64,000 nt of DNA from Obrimoposthia wandeli. Its lineage: Eukaryota. The stretch spans positions 62,001 through 126,000 of the forward strand of contig CDROCS010001295.1 of the NCBI GenBank assembly GCA_977020255.1, written 5' to 3'. Each line of letters begins with the position of its first letter. The stretch's first letter is position 1. The notes below the pieces were generated by a model. The model was given only the letters and a program-made list of their open reading frames with translations, searched no databases and was not told the DNA's origin. Of the stretch, positions 40,719 to 50,944 are shown in pieces. A program made the translations under genes and the position numbers.

Positions 40719-42079
40719 CTGTTAGCTGAATCAACCATTACTAATCCCTCAAGAATACGCAGCCCATTTACAAAATCGTTATCTTGATCCACTGCCATCA
40801 CTGATAATCGCACAGCGTTAACGATGTTAGCATCACTAGCACAACGACTATAGCCACTATTAGCTGCATTAAAATAAGATGCGTCACTGACAATAACACC
40901 CTTTTCTTGGGCCGCAGCGGTGAAATCAGAAGCATTCCAGCGTTGTGGTAACTGCAGCCAGCAACTGTAACTAGCGACTTGCCGTTGCATAGGTTGGTGT
41001 AAATATTGGCTAACCAATTGCTGCCTTTGCTGTGCTTTACGCTTTTGCAGCTGCGCCCAGTTAAAAGCGGCCCCTGAATTGATCGCATCACTGGCCAATT
41101 CAAACATAAAGGGGGAAGCCAGCCAAAGCGTTGCACGTATGTAATCGCTCACTTTCAAGCGCTGGCTATAGGGTACTTTTAAATAACCACAGCGCATGCC
41201 AGGGCTAATCGCCTTAGATAAACTACTAATATAAAAACCTAAATCGGGTACTAAATCAGTGATAGGCGTAAGTACTTGCTGATTCAAAAAGGCATAGATA
41301 TCATCTTCGATCAACCACAGTTGATGCGCTTCAATCACACTGGCTAATTGTTGGCGTCGCGCCTTTAACATCGTGGCTCCCGTAGGGTTTTGTTGGGCAG
41401 GTACCACCACCACAATACTGGGCTTTTCTATATAGCATTGAGCGGCTAAAGCTTGTGGTAACATGCCCTGCTCATCCATTTCAATCGCGACAACTCTACG
41501 TCTTAAATACTTGCAAATCGATAAAACACCCGGGTAAGTTTGCGCCTCAACAGCAATACAATCCCCTTCTTTAGAATATAACTGAATAATACTGGCAAGC
41601 GCATTTTGCGCGCCATTTGTCAGCATAATATCTTCGCTACTCTCAACTGTTAAGCCATATTGTTGACACCATTTTGCTCCCGCTTCGCGATGGCGTTGCA
41701 ACCCTGTATTCTCACTGTAAGTAAATAAGTCAGCGCTTGTTTCGCGATGAGAATTAGCGGTTAAAAATGATTGTAAAGCTGATATATTTAACGACATACA
41801 CGGCTGAAGAATCGAGAAATTTAACTCGCTAGGTGCGGTACTTGCTTGAATGACTTTATCTAAACGCTCAGCAAGCACAAAACTACCGCGCCCTACATAT
41901 GAAGCAATCTTTCGCTGCTCCACTAATAACTGGTAAGCTTTGGCAACCGTGACAGCAGTAGTATGCAGCCGTTTAGCCAACACTCGATGTGGTGGCAATT
42001 TGCTGCCTTTAGGATACTCTCCTAATTCTATCAACTGATTAATCTGGGTGGAAATAACTTGATACTTTGGCTGTTTCAT
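40715..42079 (-). CDS. GntR/MocR family regulator (wHTH + PLP aminotransferase-like domain)
   Basis: KLPPHRVLAKRL...TVAKAYQLL; IEDDIY; SSLSKAISPGMRCGY. Confidence 0.93.
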   Translation of the reverse strand: MKQPKYQVISTQINQLIELGEYPKGSKLPPHRVLAKRLHTTAVTVAKAYQLLVEQRKIASYVGRGSFVLAERLDKVIQASTAPSELNFSILQPCMSLNISALQSFLTANSHRETSADLFTYSENTGLQRHREAGAKWCQQYGLTVESSEDIMLTNGAQNALASIIQLYSKEGDCIAVEAQTYPGVLSICKYLRRRVVAIEMDEQGMLPQALAAQCYIEKPSIVVVVPAQQNPTGATMLKARRQQLASVIEAHQLWLIEDDIYAFLNQQVLTPITDLVPDLGFYISSLSKAISPGMRCGYLKVPYSQRLKVSDYIRATLWLASPFMFELASDAINSGAAFNWAQLQKRKAQQRQQLVSQYLHQPMQRQVASYSCWLQLPQRWNASDFTAAAQEKGVIVSDASYFNAANSGYSRCASDANIVNAVRLSVMAVDQDNDFVNGLRILEGLVMVDSANS

Positions 42080-42106
42080 AAAAATTCATATTTATTTTGA
42101 GCGCAC

Positions 42107-42150
42107 ATTACAACAACCATATTGACATATGTCAATTATAAAAATACTAT
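42107..42150. promoter_or_regulatory. Overlapping divergent sigma70 promoters built on the palindrome TTGACATATGTCAA
   Basis: Plus strand TTGACA-N17-TACTAT (42122-42150); minus strand TTGACA-N17-TGTAAT (42135-42107). Confidence 0.7.
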
Positions 42151-42235
42151 CTCAAGCAAGTTAACCTCTTATTTTGCTTTATTACCTCTCAGTAAATAAA
42201 AGCAGTTAAGCAATATTCACAATAGGAATTTAAAA

Positions 42236-43111
42236 ATGACAAATAAAACAGCTGCCTTTATCGGTTTAGGTGTAATGGGCTATCCAATGGCTGGCCACCT
42301 ACAAAGCCAAGGTTTTGATACCAGCGTTTATAATAGAAGTACCGACAAAGCCATTAATTGGCAGCAGCAGCATGGTGGAAATTTCGCTAAATCTCCAAAA
42401 GAAGCAGCTGAGAGCGCGGATGTGGTTTTTGTGTGTGTAGGCAATGATCAAGATGTGCGCAGTGTTATCTATGGTGATGATGGCGTATTAGCAGGGTTAT
42501 CAGCAGGTAACATTTTAGTAGATCACACCACTACATCTGCCACCTTGGCCATTGAGCTACAGCAAGCATGTGAAAAAATTGGCGTTAGCTTTATCGACGC
42601 ACCGGTTTCAGGCGGCCAAGCTGGCGCTGAAAATGGCAAGCTAACGGTTATGTGTGGTGGTGAGCAACATGCTTTTGATAAAGCAATACCGTTAATGCAA
42701 AGCTACTCTCAACAAATCCAATTACTGGGTGAAAATGGCCAAGGCCAGCGCTGTAAAATGGTTAACCAAATATGCATCGCAGGTGTACTTCAAGGGTTAT
42801 CAGAGGCATTACAGTTGGCAAAAGCTGCCAACCTACCCATAGAACAAGTTGTTAATACTCTAAAACATGGCGCTGCAGGTTCTTGGCAGATGGAAAATAG
42901 ATTAGTCACTATGGGCCAAGATAAGTTCGACTTTGGTTTTGCTGTCGATTGGATGCGCAAAGATCTAAATATCTGCTTAGAGGAAGCTGCTAGTTATCAA
43001 CTTGAGCTGCCTTTAACAAAAGAGGTAGACACTCGCTATGCTAAGCTGCAGGCTCAAGGTATGGGCCGTATGGACACTTCTTCACTCGTTAAATCCTTTG
43101 GCGAAAGCTAA
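42236..43111 (+). CDS. 3-hydroxyisobutyrate dehydrogenase-family NAD(P)-dependent oxidoreductase
   Basis: FIGLGVMGYPMA; DAPVSGGQAGA; catalytic CKMVNQI; FAVDWMRKDL. Confidence 0.92.
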   Translation: MTNKTAAFIGLGVMGYPMAGHLQSQGFDTSVYNRSTDKAINWQQQHGGNFAKSPKEAAESADVVFVCVGNDQDVRSVIYGDDGVLAGLSAGNILVDHTTTSATLAIELQQACEKIGVSFIDAPVSGGQAGAENGKLTVMCGGEQHAFDKAIPLMQSYSQQIQLLGENGQGQRCKMVNQICIAGVLQGLSEALQLAKAANLPIEQVVNTLKHGAAGSWQMENRLVTMGQDKFDFGFAVDWMRKDLNICLEEAASYQLELPLTKEVDTRYAKLQAQGMGRMDTSSLVKSFGES

Positions 43112-43118
43112 GTAGTTT

Positions 43119-43154
43119 AAATAGCTCAAATTCATTAGTAAGTTTGAGCTATTT
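43119..43154. terminator. Hairpin between convergent genes (likely bidirectional terminator)
   Basis: AAATAGCTCAAAT...GTTTGAGCTATTT. Confidence 0.65.
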
Positions 43155-43269
43155 GGTGTTGCTTTTAATACGTTGTACATACCACTCAAATCAGCATTTC
43201 TAATTGCGGTTGAGTGGCTGTTTTCTTTGCTGTTTAATTAGCAGCTGAAAACAAATAAACCAAATTCAT

Positions 43270-44826
43270 TTATTTAACAGTTAATACCGAAGCTGTTAAA
43301 GATAAGCTTTGTGCCATCTCTGAAACATCATTAGCAATACTATTGGTTTCTCCAGCTTTCTCTTGAGTCCCTGCATTACTATCTCTAATTGATTCCATAT
43401 CACCACTGACTTGCTCTGCAACCGTTCTTTGCTCCTCAATGGCAACGGCTATTTGCTCGCTCATATCTGAAATCAAACTAATTGCAACCGTCGCTTCGTT
43501 GAGCATTTCATTGGTTTTGGACGCGACAGATATTGCATCTTGGCTTTGTTGTTGCCCTTCTTCCATCATGCCTACTGCATTGGTAGCTGATGCCTGCAAA
43601 TTATCTACTATTTGATTAATCTCTTTCGTCGCTTCACTACTGCGCATAGCTAAAAGCCTTACTTCATCAGCAACCACTGCAAACCCACGCCCTTGGTCAC
43701 CAGCTCTAGCGGCTTCTATTGCTGCATTCAGTGCTAAGAGGTTAGTTTGTTCAGCAATGCTATGGATGATATTCGTCGCGTTACTGATATCTAAGGTATT
43801 AGCGGCAAGCTCGTCGATAACCAGTTTTACCCGGCTTATTTGGTTGGTTAGTAATTCCATTTGTTGCGTTGTATTATTTACTTGAGCATTACTTTTTTCT
43901 GACAGCTCTTTGGCGCTTCTAGAAGCCTCGGCCGTTTTCAACGTCGAATCAGCTATCTCAGCAATGGTATTACTCATTTCACTAACGGCTGTCACTACGC
44001 TGTTAATGTAATCACTTTGATTGTTTGATTGAATTTGGTTCTCAGTTGCTAGCATAGATGATTGATTAGCTATCGTTTTTAAAGTAGATGAGTTATCTTG
44101 AAAATTCTCGATAGTGCTGCGGATCATAGTAAAGAAATCATCTAATGAACTAATAAATAACTTATCATCACTTGATTTCGCTTGAATGCTATTCAAATCA
44201 AAACTCAAGTCTTTTTCTGTCGCGCACGTTCTAACACTGGCCATTATATGACTAGCCATTAAAAACTGTGATTTCAAACGAATAGAGAAGAATATCAAAA
44301 TAGCAGATTCAAGAATTACAAAAGCTGCATGCACGAAAAAAGTAGGCCAATCACAACTTTGGCCATAGGGTGTATAAGGTATCCCTGCAAAGCTCGCATT
44401 ACTTAACTGTAATGGCACGCTCACTAAATGATGAATGGCAATCACAGCAGCGGCAATTACAATAACTTTCCAATCGCGCCAAATGATAAGAAATGCCAGT
44501 GCCGTAAATATATGAAAATGCATTTCTAAACGGCCCAATTGCTGCATGATAATGATCATAGACATAATCATAAAGCTGGCGCCAATAATCCCTCGACTGA
44601 TAAGCGTGCCTTTAGCAGTATAATAAGCAACTAAACTTGCTACAACTACCAACGTTGCCGGTACACCTCCTTGCATATGCGTGCCGTAACCACTGGGAAT
44701 TAAAAAATAAATAAAAGGTAAATGTAGCGCTAAAATAATAAGCATGAACTTATCAGACCAAACTGCATCTGCTTTCATTCTGCTGTTTAAAAAAAGCTGC
44801 ACTTGATCCGCAATATTTGCTCGCAT
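43270..44826 (-). CDS. Methyl-accepting chemotaxis protein with a multi-pass, His-rich integral membrane input domain
   Basis: Signalling hairpin IAEQTNLLALNAAIEAARAGDQGRGFAVVADEVR. The first ~185 aa are hydrophobic helices carrying ALH35L, E101-M-H103-F-H105, RDW, H132H133 and H166AAFVILE; no large periplasmic ligand-binding domain. Confidence 0.95.
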   Translation of the reverse strand: MRANIADQVQLFLNSRMKADAVWSDKFMLIILALHLPFIYFLIPSGYGTHMQGGVPATLVVVASLVAYYTAKGTLISRGIIGASFMIMSMIIIMQQLGRLEMHFHIFTALAFLIIWRDWKVIVIAAAVIAIHHLVSVPLQLSNASFAGIPYTPYGQSCDWPTFFVHAAFVILESAILIFFSIRLKSQFLMASHIMASVRTCATEKDLSFDLNSIQAKSSDDKLFISSLDDFFTMIRSTIENFQDNSSTLKTIANQSSMLATENQIQSNNQSDYINSVVTAVSEMSNTIAEIADSTLKTAEASRSAKELSEKSNAQVNNTTQQMELLTNQISRVKLVIDELAANTLDISNATNIIHSIAEQTNLLALNAAIEAARAGDQGRGFAVVADEVRLLAMRSSEATKEINQIVDNLQASATNAVGMMEEGQQQSQDAISVASKTNEMLNEATVAISLISDMSEQIAVAIEEQRTVAEQVSGDMESIRDSNAGTQEKAGETNSIANDVSEMAQSLSLTASVLTVK

Positions 44827-44837
44827 TAAAAAATTCC

Positions 44838-45452
44838 TTATAAGTTCGTCAGCAATTTGTAATCACTAGTAATGTGTTTGAGATTTTGCTGAGTGTAAAC
44901 AACTAAACCGTTTAACTTGGGGTGTAGTAGGTATATGTAATTACTGTGCGTAATTTCCTTTTTACCCGGTATGTTTGATACCGATTGATTAAGCTCGGTT
45001 ATCACTTTGTTAAAGACAGCGACATCACTAATTTGAAAACCAATAAAATTGTCACTAAACTGTTTTAGAAAACGTGCTAGTACTTGTGGTGAATCATTGA
45101 GTGGGTCTATTGTTAAAAGAGAAAAAGCAGCTTTATCATCTAAATTTTGTTGTAGTTTTTGATAAAACTGCATCGAGACTGGGCAGGTAAAAGAGCAAAC
45201 CGTAAAACCGGTAGTAATGTATAGCGGCTGGCCAGCGTAAGACTGCCAGGTTAACTCCTCACCTAGTTGGTTGAGCATAGGGTAGTTATTTAATTCTATT
45301 GATGATTGAAAGCCATGAAGTGCGGGCTTTCCTAGTAATTCATTGTAAAAAGCGGTTGCCGGAAAAGCAGTTAATAAAAAAGCGCCTATAATGCTTGAAC
45401 TTGCAATGACCACTAAAATTTTTACTCTAATACTCTTCACTGTCATGTTCAT
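44838..45452 (-). CDS. SCO1/SenC family copper chaperone
   Basis: N-terminal TM anchor; GFTVC86SFTC90P (CxxxC); TIDPLNDSPQVL; distal H169 (ITHS). Confidence 0.9.
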   Translation of the reverse strand: MNMTVKSIRVKILVVIASSSIIGAFLLTAFPATAFYNELLGKPALHGFQSSIELNNYPMLNQLGEELTWQSYAGQPLYITTGFTVCSFTCPVSMQFYQKLQQNLDDKAAFSLLTIDPLNDSPQVLARFLKQFSDNFIGFQISDVAVFNKVITELNQSVSNIPGKKEITHSNYIYLLHPKLNGLVVYTQQNLKHITSDYKLLTNL

Positions 45453-45594
45453 TCAACACTACCAATATGAAATTACACGTAAGTATTACAATTTTCATTC
45501 AAATAATCGATTAAATGTTACTCAAATTGAGATAATCCTTAATCTTCAATTAATCTTAATCACTGTATGAACAGCACTTTTCTGTAGATAACAC

Positions 45595-45792
45595 TTAATA
45601 CAAAATTCTTTTCTTCTTATGATCTTTTCTTGCTGTCTCTTTTTTTTCCTCCTTGTTTGCCTGTAAAATAGCGAGAGAATTATGAACGTTTGAATCCCCT
45701 GATGAAAGGTCATTGGTAAAATTTGACATATACATGTGGTATAAAAACCGATGGCCCTTACTGTCACTGTTGACATTAAAAGCCACATTCAT
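45595..45792 (-). CDS. Possible small protein (65 aa) upstream of SCO
   Basis: Open frame in the same orientation as SCO-MCP, with an H/M-rich GHRFLYHMYM stretch and a basic tail; no clear RBS or recognised family. Confidence 0.3.
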   Translation of the reverse strand: MNVAFNVNSDSKGHRFLYHMYMSNFTNDLSSGDSNVHNSLAILQANKEEKKETARKDHKKKRILY

Positions 45793-45812
45793 GCATAAAA
45801 AACACCCGGTAC

Positions 45813-45841
45813 TTGACAGGCTCTGTATAATTCCCTATTTT
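45813..45841 (+). promoter_or_regulatory. sigma70 promoter of betIBA
   Basis: TTGACA-N17-TATTTT, with the -10 abutting the BetI box. Confidence 0.55.
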
Positions 45842-45859
45842 TATTAAACGTGCATTTAA
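45840..45859. promoter_or_regulatory. BetI operator
   Basis: TTTATTAAACGTGCATTTAA matches 16/20 of the palindromic BetI consensus TTAATTGAACGTTCAATTAA; 36 nt before betI. Confidence 0.75.
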
Positions 45860-45895
45860 TTAAATGGGCGATTAACAAAAAGGATCTACTCAGCA

Positions 45896-46525
45896 ATGCC
45901 TAAAGTTGGAATGCCAGCCATTAGAAAACCACAGCTTATTGACGCCACAATAAAGGCAATTGATGCCGTTGGCTTACAAAAAGCCAGTGTTGTCATGATT
46001 AGTGGTTATGCCGGCGTTTCCCCTGCCATTATCAATCATTATTTTGGCGGTAAAGAAGGCTTGTTAGAAGAGACCATGCGTAGCATTTTGCGTCAATTAT
46101 CCAAAACCGTGCAACAGCGCTTAGCACAGTGTGATAAAGATGACGTGATTGAGCGCATTATCGCCATTGTTGGCGGCAATTTCGATTCTCAACAAATAGA
46201 TAGCAAAGTGGTAAAAACTTGGCTGGCCTTTTGGTCACGTGCTATGCACCAACCACAGTTATTTCGCTTACAAAGAGCAAACGAGAAACGCTTGCTATCG
46301 CACTTATTACTCGAGCTAAAAAGAGTATTACCAGCGCCTAGAGCCAAACTTGTTGCGCTTTCGATTGCTGCACTCATTGATGGTATATGGCTGCGCGGTG
46401 CTTTCTCACCTAACGGTATAGATAAAGACCTCGCCCAGCGCATAATTATCGATTATATAGAAACACAATTACCGCCACAAACCCTTGAAATTCATCAACA
46501 GCGCCAACTACTGAAAAAGAACTGA
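45896..46525 (+). CDS. betI: Choline-responsive repressor BetI (TetR family)
   Basis: [18 protein letters not shown]; IINHYFGGK; [11 protein letters not shown]. Confidence 0.97.
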   Translation: MPKVGMPAIRKPQLIDATIKAIDAVGLQKASVVMISGYAGVSPAIINHYFGGKEGLLEETMRSILRQLSKTVQQRLAQCDKDDVIERIIAIVGGNFDSQQIDSKVVKTWLAFWSRAMHQPQLFRLQRANEKRLLSHLLLELKRVLPAPRAKLVALSIAALIDGIWLRGAFSPNGIDKDLAQRIIIDYIETQLPPQTLEIHQQRQLLKKN

Positions 46526-46528
46526 ATT

Positions 46529-47986
46529 ATGAAATCGACTCAATTATATATAGACGGACAATACTGCGATGCAACCTCAAACGAGACCTTCGCCACCTAC
46601 AACCCAGCAACGGGTGAGTTACTAGCAGAAATTCAAACGGCGTCTTTGAGTGATGTTGATAAAGCAGTAGCGGCGGCTAAACGCGGCTTTGCTGTTTGGT
46701 CTGCAATGTCTGGTACTGAACGCGGCCGTATTTTGCAAAAAGCGGTCGCTATTTTGCGTGAGCGCAACGATGAGCTAGCCATGCTGGAAGTGTTAGATAC
46801 TGGCAAGCCAATTCAAGAAGCGGATTGTGTTGATATTGAAACAGGCGCAGATGTTATTGAATATTACGCAGGCCTTGCCACTACTATAAGTGGCCAGCAG
46901 CAAGATTTAGGCGGCTCTAATTTTTATTACTCACGCCGTGAGCCATTAGGTGTTTGTGCAGGTATAGGCGCTTGGAACTACCCTATTCAAATCGCCATGT
47001 GGAAATCAGGCCCAGCACTTGCCGCGGGTAACGCAATGATCTTCAAGCCATCTGAAGAGACACCCTTAAGCGTACTTAAGCTCGCTGAAATTTATACACA
47101 AGCAGGCTTGCCTAATGGCGTATTTAATGTGGTACAAGGCGATGGAAAAGTTGGCCAAGCGCTTTCTCGCCATCCTGAAATTGCCAAAGTCTCTTTTACG
47201 GGTGAATGTGGTACCGGTAAAAAAGTAGTGGCTGATGCTGCTAGCTCTTTAAAAGAAGTCACTATGGAGCTAGGCGGTAAGTCTGCTTTAATCGCTTTTG
47301 AAGATGCTGATATTGAAAACGCTGTTTCTGGCGCTTTACTGGCTAACTTTTATACTCAAGGTGAAGTATGCACTAACGGTACTCGCGTATTTGTACACGC
47401 GAGTATTTATGATCAGTTTATTGAAAAAATCAAAGCGCGCACCGAAAAAATGATCATTGGCGATCCGACTCATGCTGATACGCAAGTGGGTGCGCTAATC
47501 TCTAAAGATCATATGCAAAAAGTACTTGGCTATATAGAAGCGGCTAAAGCGGCAGGCGCTACGCTTGTTTGCGGCGGCCAGCAAGTGACTGAAAATGGTT
47601 TAGATCGCGGTAACTTTGTACAACCTACCGTATTTGCCGATTGCACTGATGATATGCCTAACGTTCAAGATGAAATTTTTGGGCCTGTTATGTCTATCCT
47701 GAAATTCGAAACAGAAGAAGAAGTGATCGCACGTGCTAACAATACTGATTTTGGTTTAGCTGCGGGCATTTTCACCACTAACTTCTCACGTGCTCATCGC
47801 GTTATCGCCAAGATGCAAGCCGGTATTTGCTGGATCAACACTTGGGGCGCTTCTCCTGCACAAATGCCAGTGGGTGGTTATAAGCAATCGGGGATTGGCC
47901 GTGAAAACGGGATTGATACCCTTAATCAGTACACACAAGTTAAAAGTGTCTTTATCGAACTTGGGGATGTCGAATGTCCGTATTAA
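46529..47986 (+). CDS. betB: Betaine aldehyde dehydrogenase
   Basis: [10 protein letters not shown]; MELGGKS; [13 protein letters not shown]; EIFGPV. Confidence 0.97.
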   Translation: MKSTQLYIDGQYCDATSNETFATYNPATGELLAEIQTASLSDVDKAVAAAKRGFAVWSAMSGTERGRILQKAVAILRERNDELAMLEVLDTGKPIQEADCVDIETGADVIEYYAGLATTISGQQQDLGGSNFYYSRREPLGVCAGIGAWNYPIQIAMWKSGPALAAGNAMIFKPSEETPLSVLKLAEIYTQAGLPNGVFNVVQGDGKVGQALSRHPEIAKVSFTGECGTGKKVVADAASSLKEVTMELGGKSALIAFEDADIENAVSGALLANFYTQGEVCTNGTRVFVHASIYDQFIEKIKARTEKMIIGDPTHADTQVGALISKDHMQKVLGYIEAAKAAGATLVCGGQQVTENGLDRGNFVQPTVFADCTDDMPNVQDEIFGPVMSILKFETEEEVIARANNTDFGLAAGIFTTNFSRAHRVIAKMQAGICWINTWGASPAQMPVGGYKQSGIGRENGIDTLNQYTQVKSVFIELGDVECPY

Positions 47987-49689
47987 ACACCACCCTACTA
48001 GAAACAGCTAAGCACTACGATTACGTCATCGTCGGTGCGGGATCAGCTGGCTGCGTACTCGCCGATAGGCTCAGCGCTAATGGTACTAACACCGTTCTGT
48101 TGATAGAAGCCGGTGGCACCGATAAAAGCATTTTTATCCAAATGCCTACCGCGTTATCTTATCCAATGAACAGCGCGCGCTATGCTTGGCAGTATGAATC
48201 ACAAGTAGAGCCGGGCTTAGATGGTCGCCAACTGCACTGCCCTCGTGGCAAAGTACTTGGTGGCAGCTCATCTATCAACGGTATGGTATATGTACGTGGT
48301 CACGCTAAAGATTTTGATCAATGGCAAGAAAACGGCGCAGCTGGCTGGAGCTATCAAGATTGTCTTCCGTATTTTAAAAAGGCAGAAACTTGGATTCAAG
48401 GCGGCGATCAATATCGCGGCAATGAGGGCCCTGTTGCTACCTGTAATGGTAACAACATGAAAACTAGCCCGCTGTATCAAGCGTTTATTGATGCGGGTGT
48501 GCAAGCGGGTTACCCTAAAACTGACGATTACAACGGTTATCAGCAAGAGGGCTTTGGCCCAATGCATATGACGGTTAATAAAGGTGTGCGTGCATCCACC
48601 AGCAATGCATATTTACGCCGTACCATGAAGCGCGCTAACTTTACGTTAATCAGCTCTGTTGTATGTAACAAAGTATTGCTAAAAGATAAAACCGCTATTG
48701 GTATTGAGTACCAAAAAAGCGGTAAGGTTGAGCAAGTGATTGCCGACAAAGAAGTAATATTAAGCGCCGGATCAATCGGTTCACCTATGCTGTTGCAACT
48801 TTCAGGTATTGGTCCTGCTCAAGTTTTAAAAGAAGCGAATGTAGAGCTAGTTCAAGAGCTACCGGGTGTTGGCGAAAACTTACAAGATCATCTTGAAGTG
48901 TATTACCAATATGCCTGTAAAGAGCCTATTACCTTAAACGGTAAGCTCGATTTGATCAGCAAAGGCATAATCGGTACGCGCTGGTTACTGTTTAAAGATG
49001 GTTTGGGCGCCACTAACCACTTTGAGTCTTGCGGTTTTATTCGCTCAAGAGCGGGGCTTGAATGGCCAAACATCCAATACCACTTTTTACCTGCTGCAAT
49101 GCGCTACGATGGTGGCAAGGCAATTGATGGTCACGGATTTCAAGTACACGTAGGCCCTAATAAGCCAAGTAGTCGTGGGCGCATGTGGATTAAATCTAAT
49201 GATCCATTGGATAAGCCAAATATCTTATTCAATTACATTACGACTGAGCAAGATAAACAAGATTGGCGCGATTGTATTCGTTTGACTCGCGAAATTATGA
49301 GCCAAAACTCACTCGCGCCATTTAGAGGCGAAACCATTCAGCCCAATGAAGACATCCAAACCGATGAGCAAATAGATACTTGGGTAAAAGCGAATGTTGA
49401 AAGTGCCTACCACCCATCTTGTACCTGTAAAATAGGGGCTGATGATGATGCAATGGCAGTGCTTAATAATCAATGCCAAGTACGTGGTATTGAGCAATTA
49501 CGTGTGGTTGATTCATCTGTCTTCCCAACCATTACTAACGGTAATTTAAACGCGCCAACTATAATGGTGGCCGAAAAAGCCGCCGACATGATACTAGGTA
49601 ACACACCATTAGCTGCGTTAGATGCACCAGTGTGGATCGATAGTAACTGGCAGCAGCAGCAACGTTTAAATGTCAACAAGAGCGATTAA
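47974..49689 (+). CDS. betA: Choline dehydrogenase (GMC oxidoreductase)
   Basis: GAGSAG; [20 protein letters not shown]; ENLQDH; YHPSCTC; [11 protein letters not shown]. Confidence 0.97.
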   Translation: MSVLNTTLLETAKHYDYVIVGAGSAGCVLADRLSANGTNTVLLIEAGGTDKSIFIQMPTALSYPMNSARYAWQYESQVEPGLDGRQLHCPRGKVLGGSSSINGMVYVRGHAKDFDQWQENGAAGWSYQDCLPYFKKAETWIQGGDQYRGNEGPVATCNGNNMKTSPLYQAFIDAGVQAGYPKTDDYNGYQQEGFGPMHMTVNKGVRASTSNAYLRRTMKRANFTLISSVVCNKVLLKDKTAIGIEYQKSGKVEQVIADKEVILSAGSIGSPMLLQLSGIGPAQVLKEANVELVQELPGVGENLQDHLEVYYQYACKEPITLNGKLDLISKGIIGTRWLLFKDGLGATNHFESCGFIRSRAGLEWPNIQYHFLPAAMRYDGGKAIDGHGFQVHVGPNKPSSRGRMWIKSNDPLDKPNILFNYITTEQDKQDWRDCIRLTREIMSQNSLAPFRGETIQPNEDIQTDEQIDTWVKANVESAYHPSCTCKIGADDDAMAVLNNQCQVRGIEQLRVVDSSVFPTITNGNLNAPTIMVAEKAADMILGNTPLAALDAPVWIDSNWQQQQRLNVNKSD

Positions 49690-49831
49690 GCAGTACAAAG
49701 AAAGATGGCGAGCTAGATAAATAGGAAGCAGATACCCAAACGATTTTATAAATTACTTACCCGCGCATTGTGATACGCAATGGCGCTGGGTCAAATTTAG
49801 AATTCTCACTAATAAAAAGAAGGAAATACTG

Positions 49832-50788
49832 ATGACTACACAGCAAAAAAAATCCACGAGTAAGAAATTATTATGCGTAGCGGCGCTATCACTGAGTGTA
49901 ATAAGTGGCAGTGCTTTTGCGGGCTCTTGCGATAAAGTACGTTTTTCTGATGTTGGCTGGACAGACATTACAGCCACGACGGCAATTACTTCTGAAATTG
50001 TCAACGCCCTTGGTTATAAGGCCTCTACGCAGCTATTATCAGTGCCGGTTACTTACACCTCCCTGGCTAATGCAGACATTGATGTTTTCTTGGGTAACTG
50101 GATGCCAACGATGGAAGCGGATATCGCAAAATACCGCGATGCAGGTACTGTTGAAACGGTACGTGCTAACTTAGAAGGTGCTAAATATACTTTAGCTGTT
50201 TCTAAAGCTGCTTTTGATGCGGGTGTTAAAACCTTTGCTGATCTTGCTAAGCATAAAAAAGAGTTCAAAGGAAAAATCTACGGTATCGAGCCTGGCAACG
50301 ACGGCAACCGTTTGATCCAAGATATGATCGACAAAAATGCCTTTGATCTTAAAAGTTTCAAGCTAGTTGAATCATCAGAAGCAGGTATGATTTCACAAGT
50401 AAGTCGTTCTGCTAAGCGTGATCAATGGGTTGCTTTTTTAGGTTGGGCTCCGCACCCAATGAACGCTAACATCGAAATGGAATACCTAGCCGGTGGCGAT
50501 GATTTCTTCGGCCCTAACTATGGTGGTGCCAGCGTTTTCACTAACGTACGTAAAGGTTACCTACAAGATTGCCCTAACATGGGTCAGTTAGTTCAGAATC
50601 TATCTTTCAGCTTAAAGATGGAAAACGAAGTAATGGGCGCTATTTTAGACGACGGCAAAAAACCTGAAGTGGCAGCAAAGCAGTGGTTGAAAGCTAATCC
50701 TGGTGTACTAGATGCATGGTTAAAAGACGTGACGACTAAAGATGGCGGTGATGCTTTAAAAGCAGTTAAAGCTAGTATCTCAATGTAA
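49832..50788 (+). CDS. choX: Choline ABC transporter substrate-binding protein
   Basis: Signal peptide; VRFSDVGWTDITATT; DVFLGNWMP; GIEPGNDGN; FLGWAPHPMN. Confidence 0.9.
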   Translation: MTTQQKKSTSKKLLCVAALSLSVISGSAFAGSCDKVRFSDVGWTDITATTAITSEIVNALGYKASTQLLSVPVTYTSLANADIDVFLGNWMPTMEADIAKYRDAGTVETVRANLEGAKYTLAVSKAAFDAGVKTFADLAKHKKEFKGKIYGIEPGNDGNRLIQDMIDKNAFDLKSFKLVESSEAGMISQVSRSAKRDQWVAFLGWAPHPMNANIEMEYLAGGDDFFGPNYGGASVFTNVRKGYLQDCPNMGQLVQNLSFSLKMENEVMGAILDDGKKPEVAAKQWLKANPGVLDAWLKDVTTKDGGDALKAVKASISM

Positions 50789-50833
50789 TTTAGATTGGGG
50801 ATGTTTATATAGCATCTCTTTTTTAAACTTCAA

Positions 50834-50884
50834 AGCGGCTAGCGAATAAGACGAAAACCTTCGTTATATTCGCTGGCCGTTTCG
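50834..50884 (+). other. Long intercistronic stem-loop between choX and choW
   Basis: AAGCGGCTAGCGAATA...TATTCGCTGGCCGTTT with an inner ACGAA/TTCGT arm; a second small hairpin with a U-tail lies just before it (about 50799-50824). Confidence 0.55.
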
Positions 50885-50944
50885 TTTAATTTTACCTTCG
50901 CTAAACATTTCTTAACACCTTACTTTCAAAATATAGGCTTTAGC

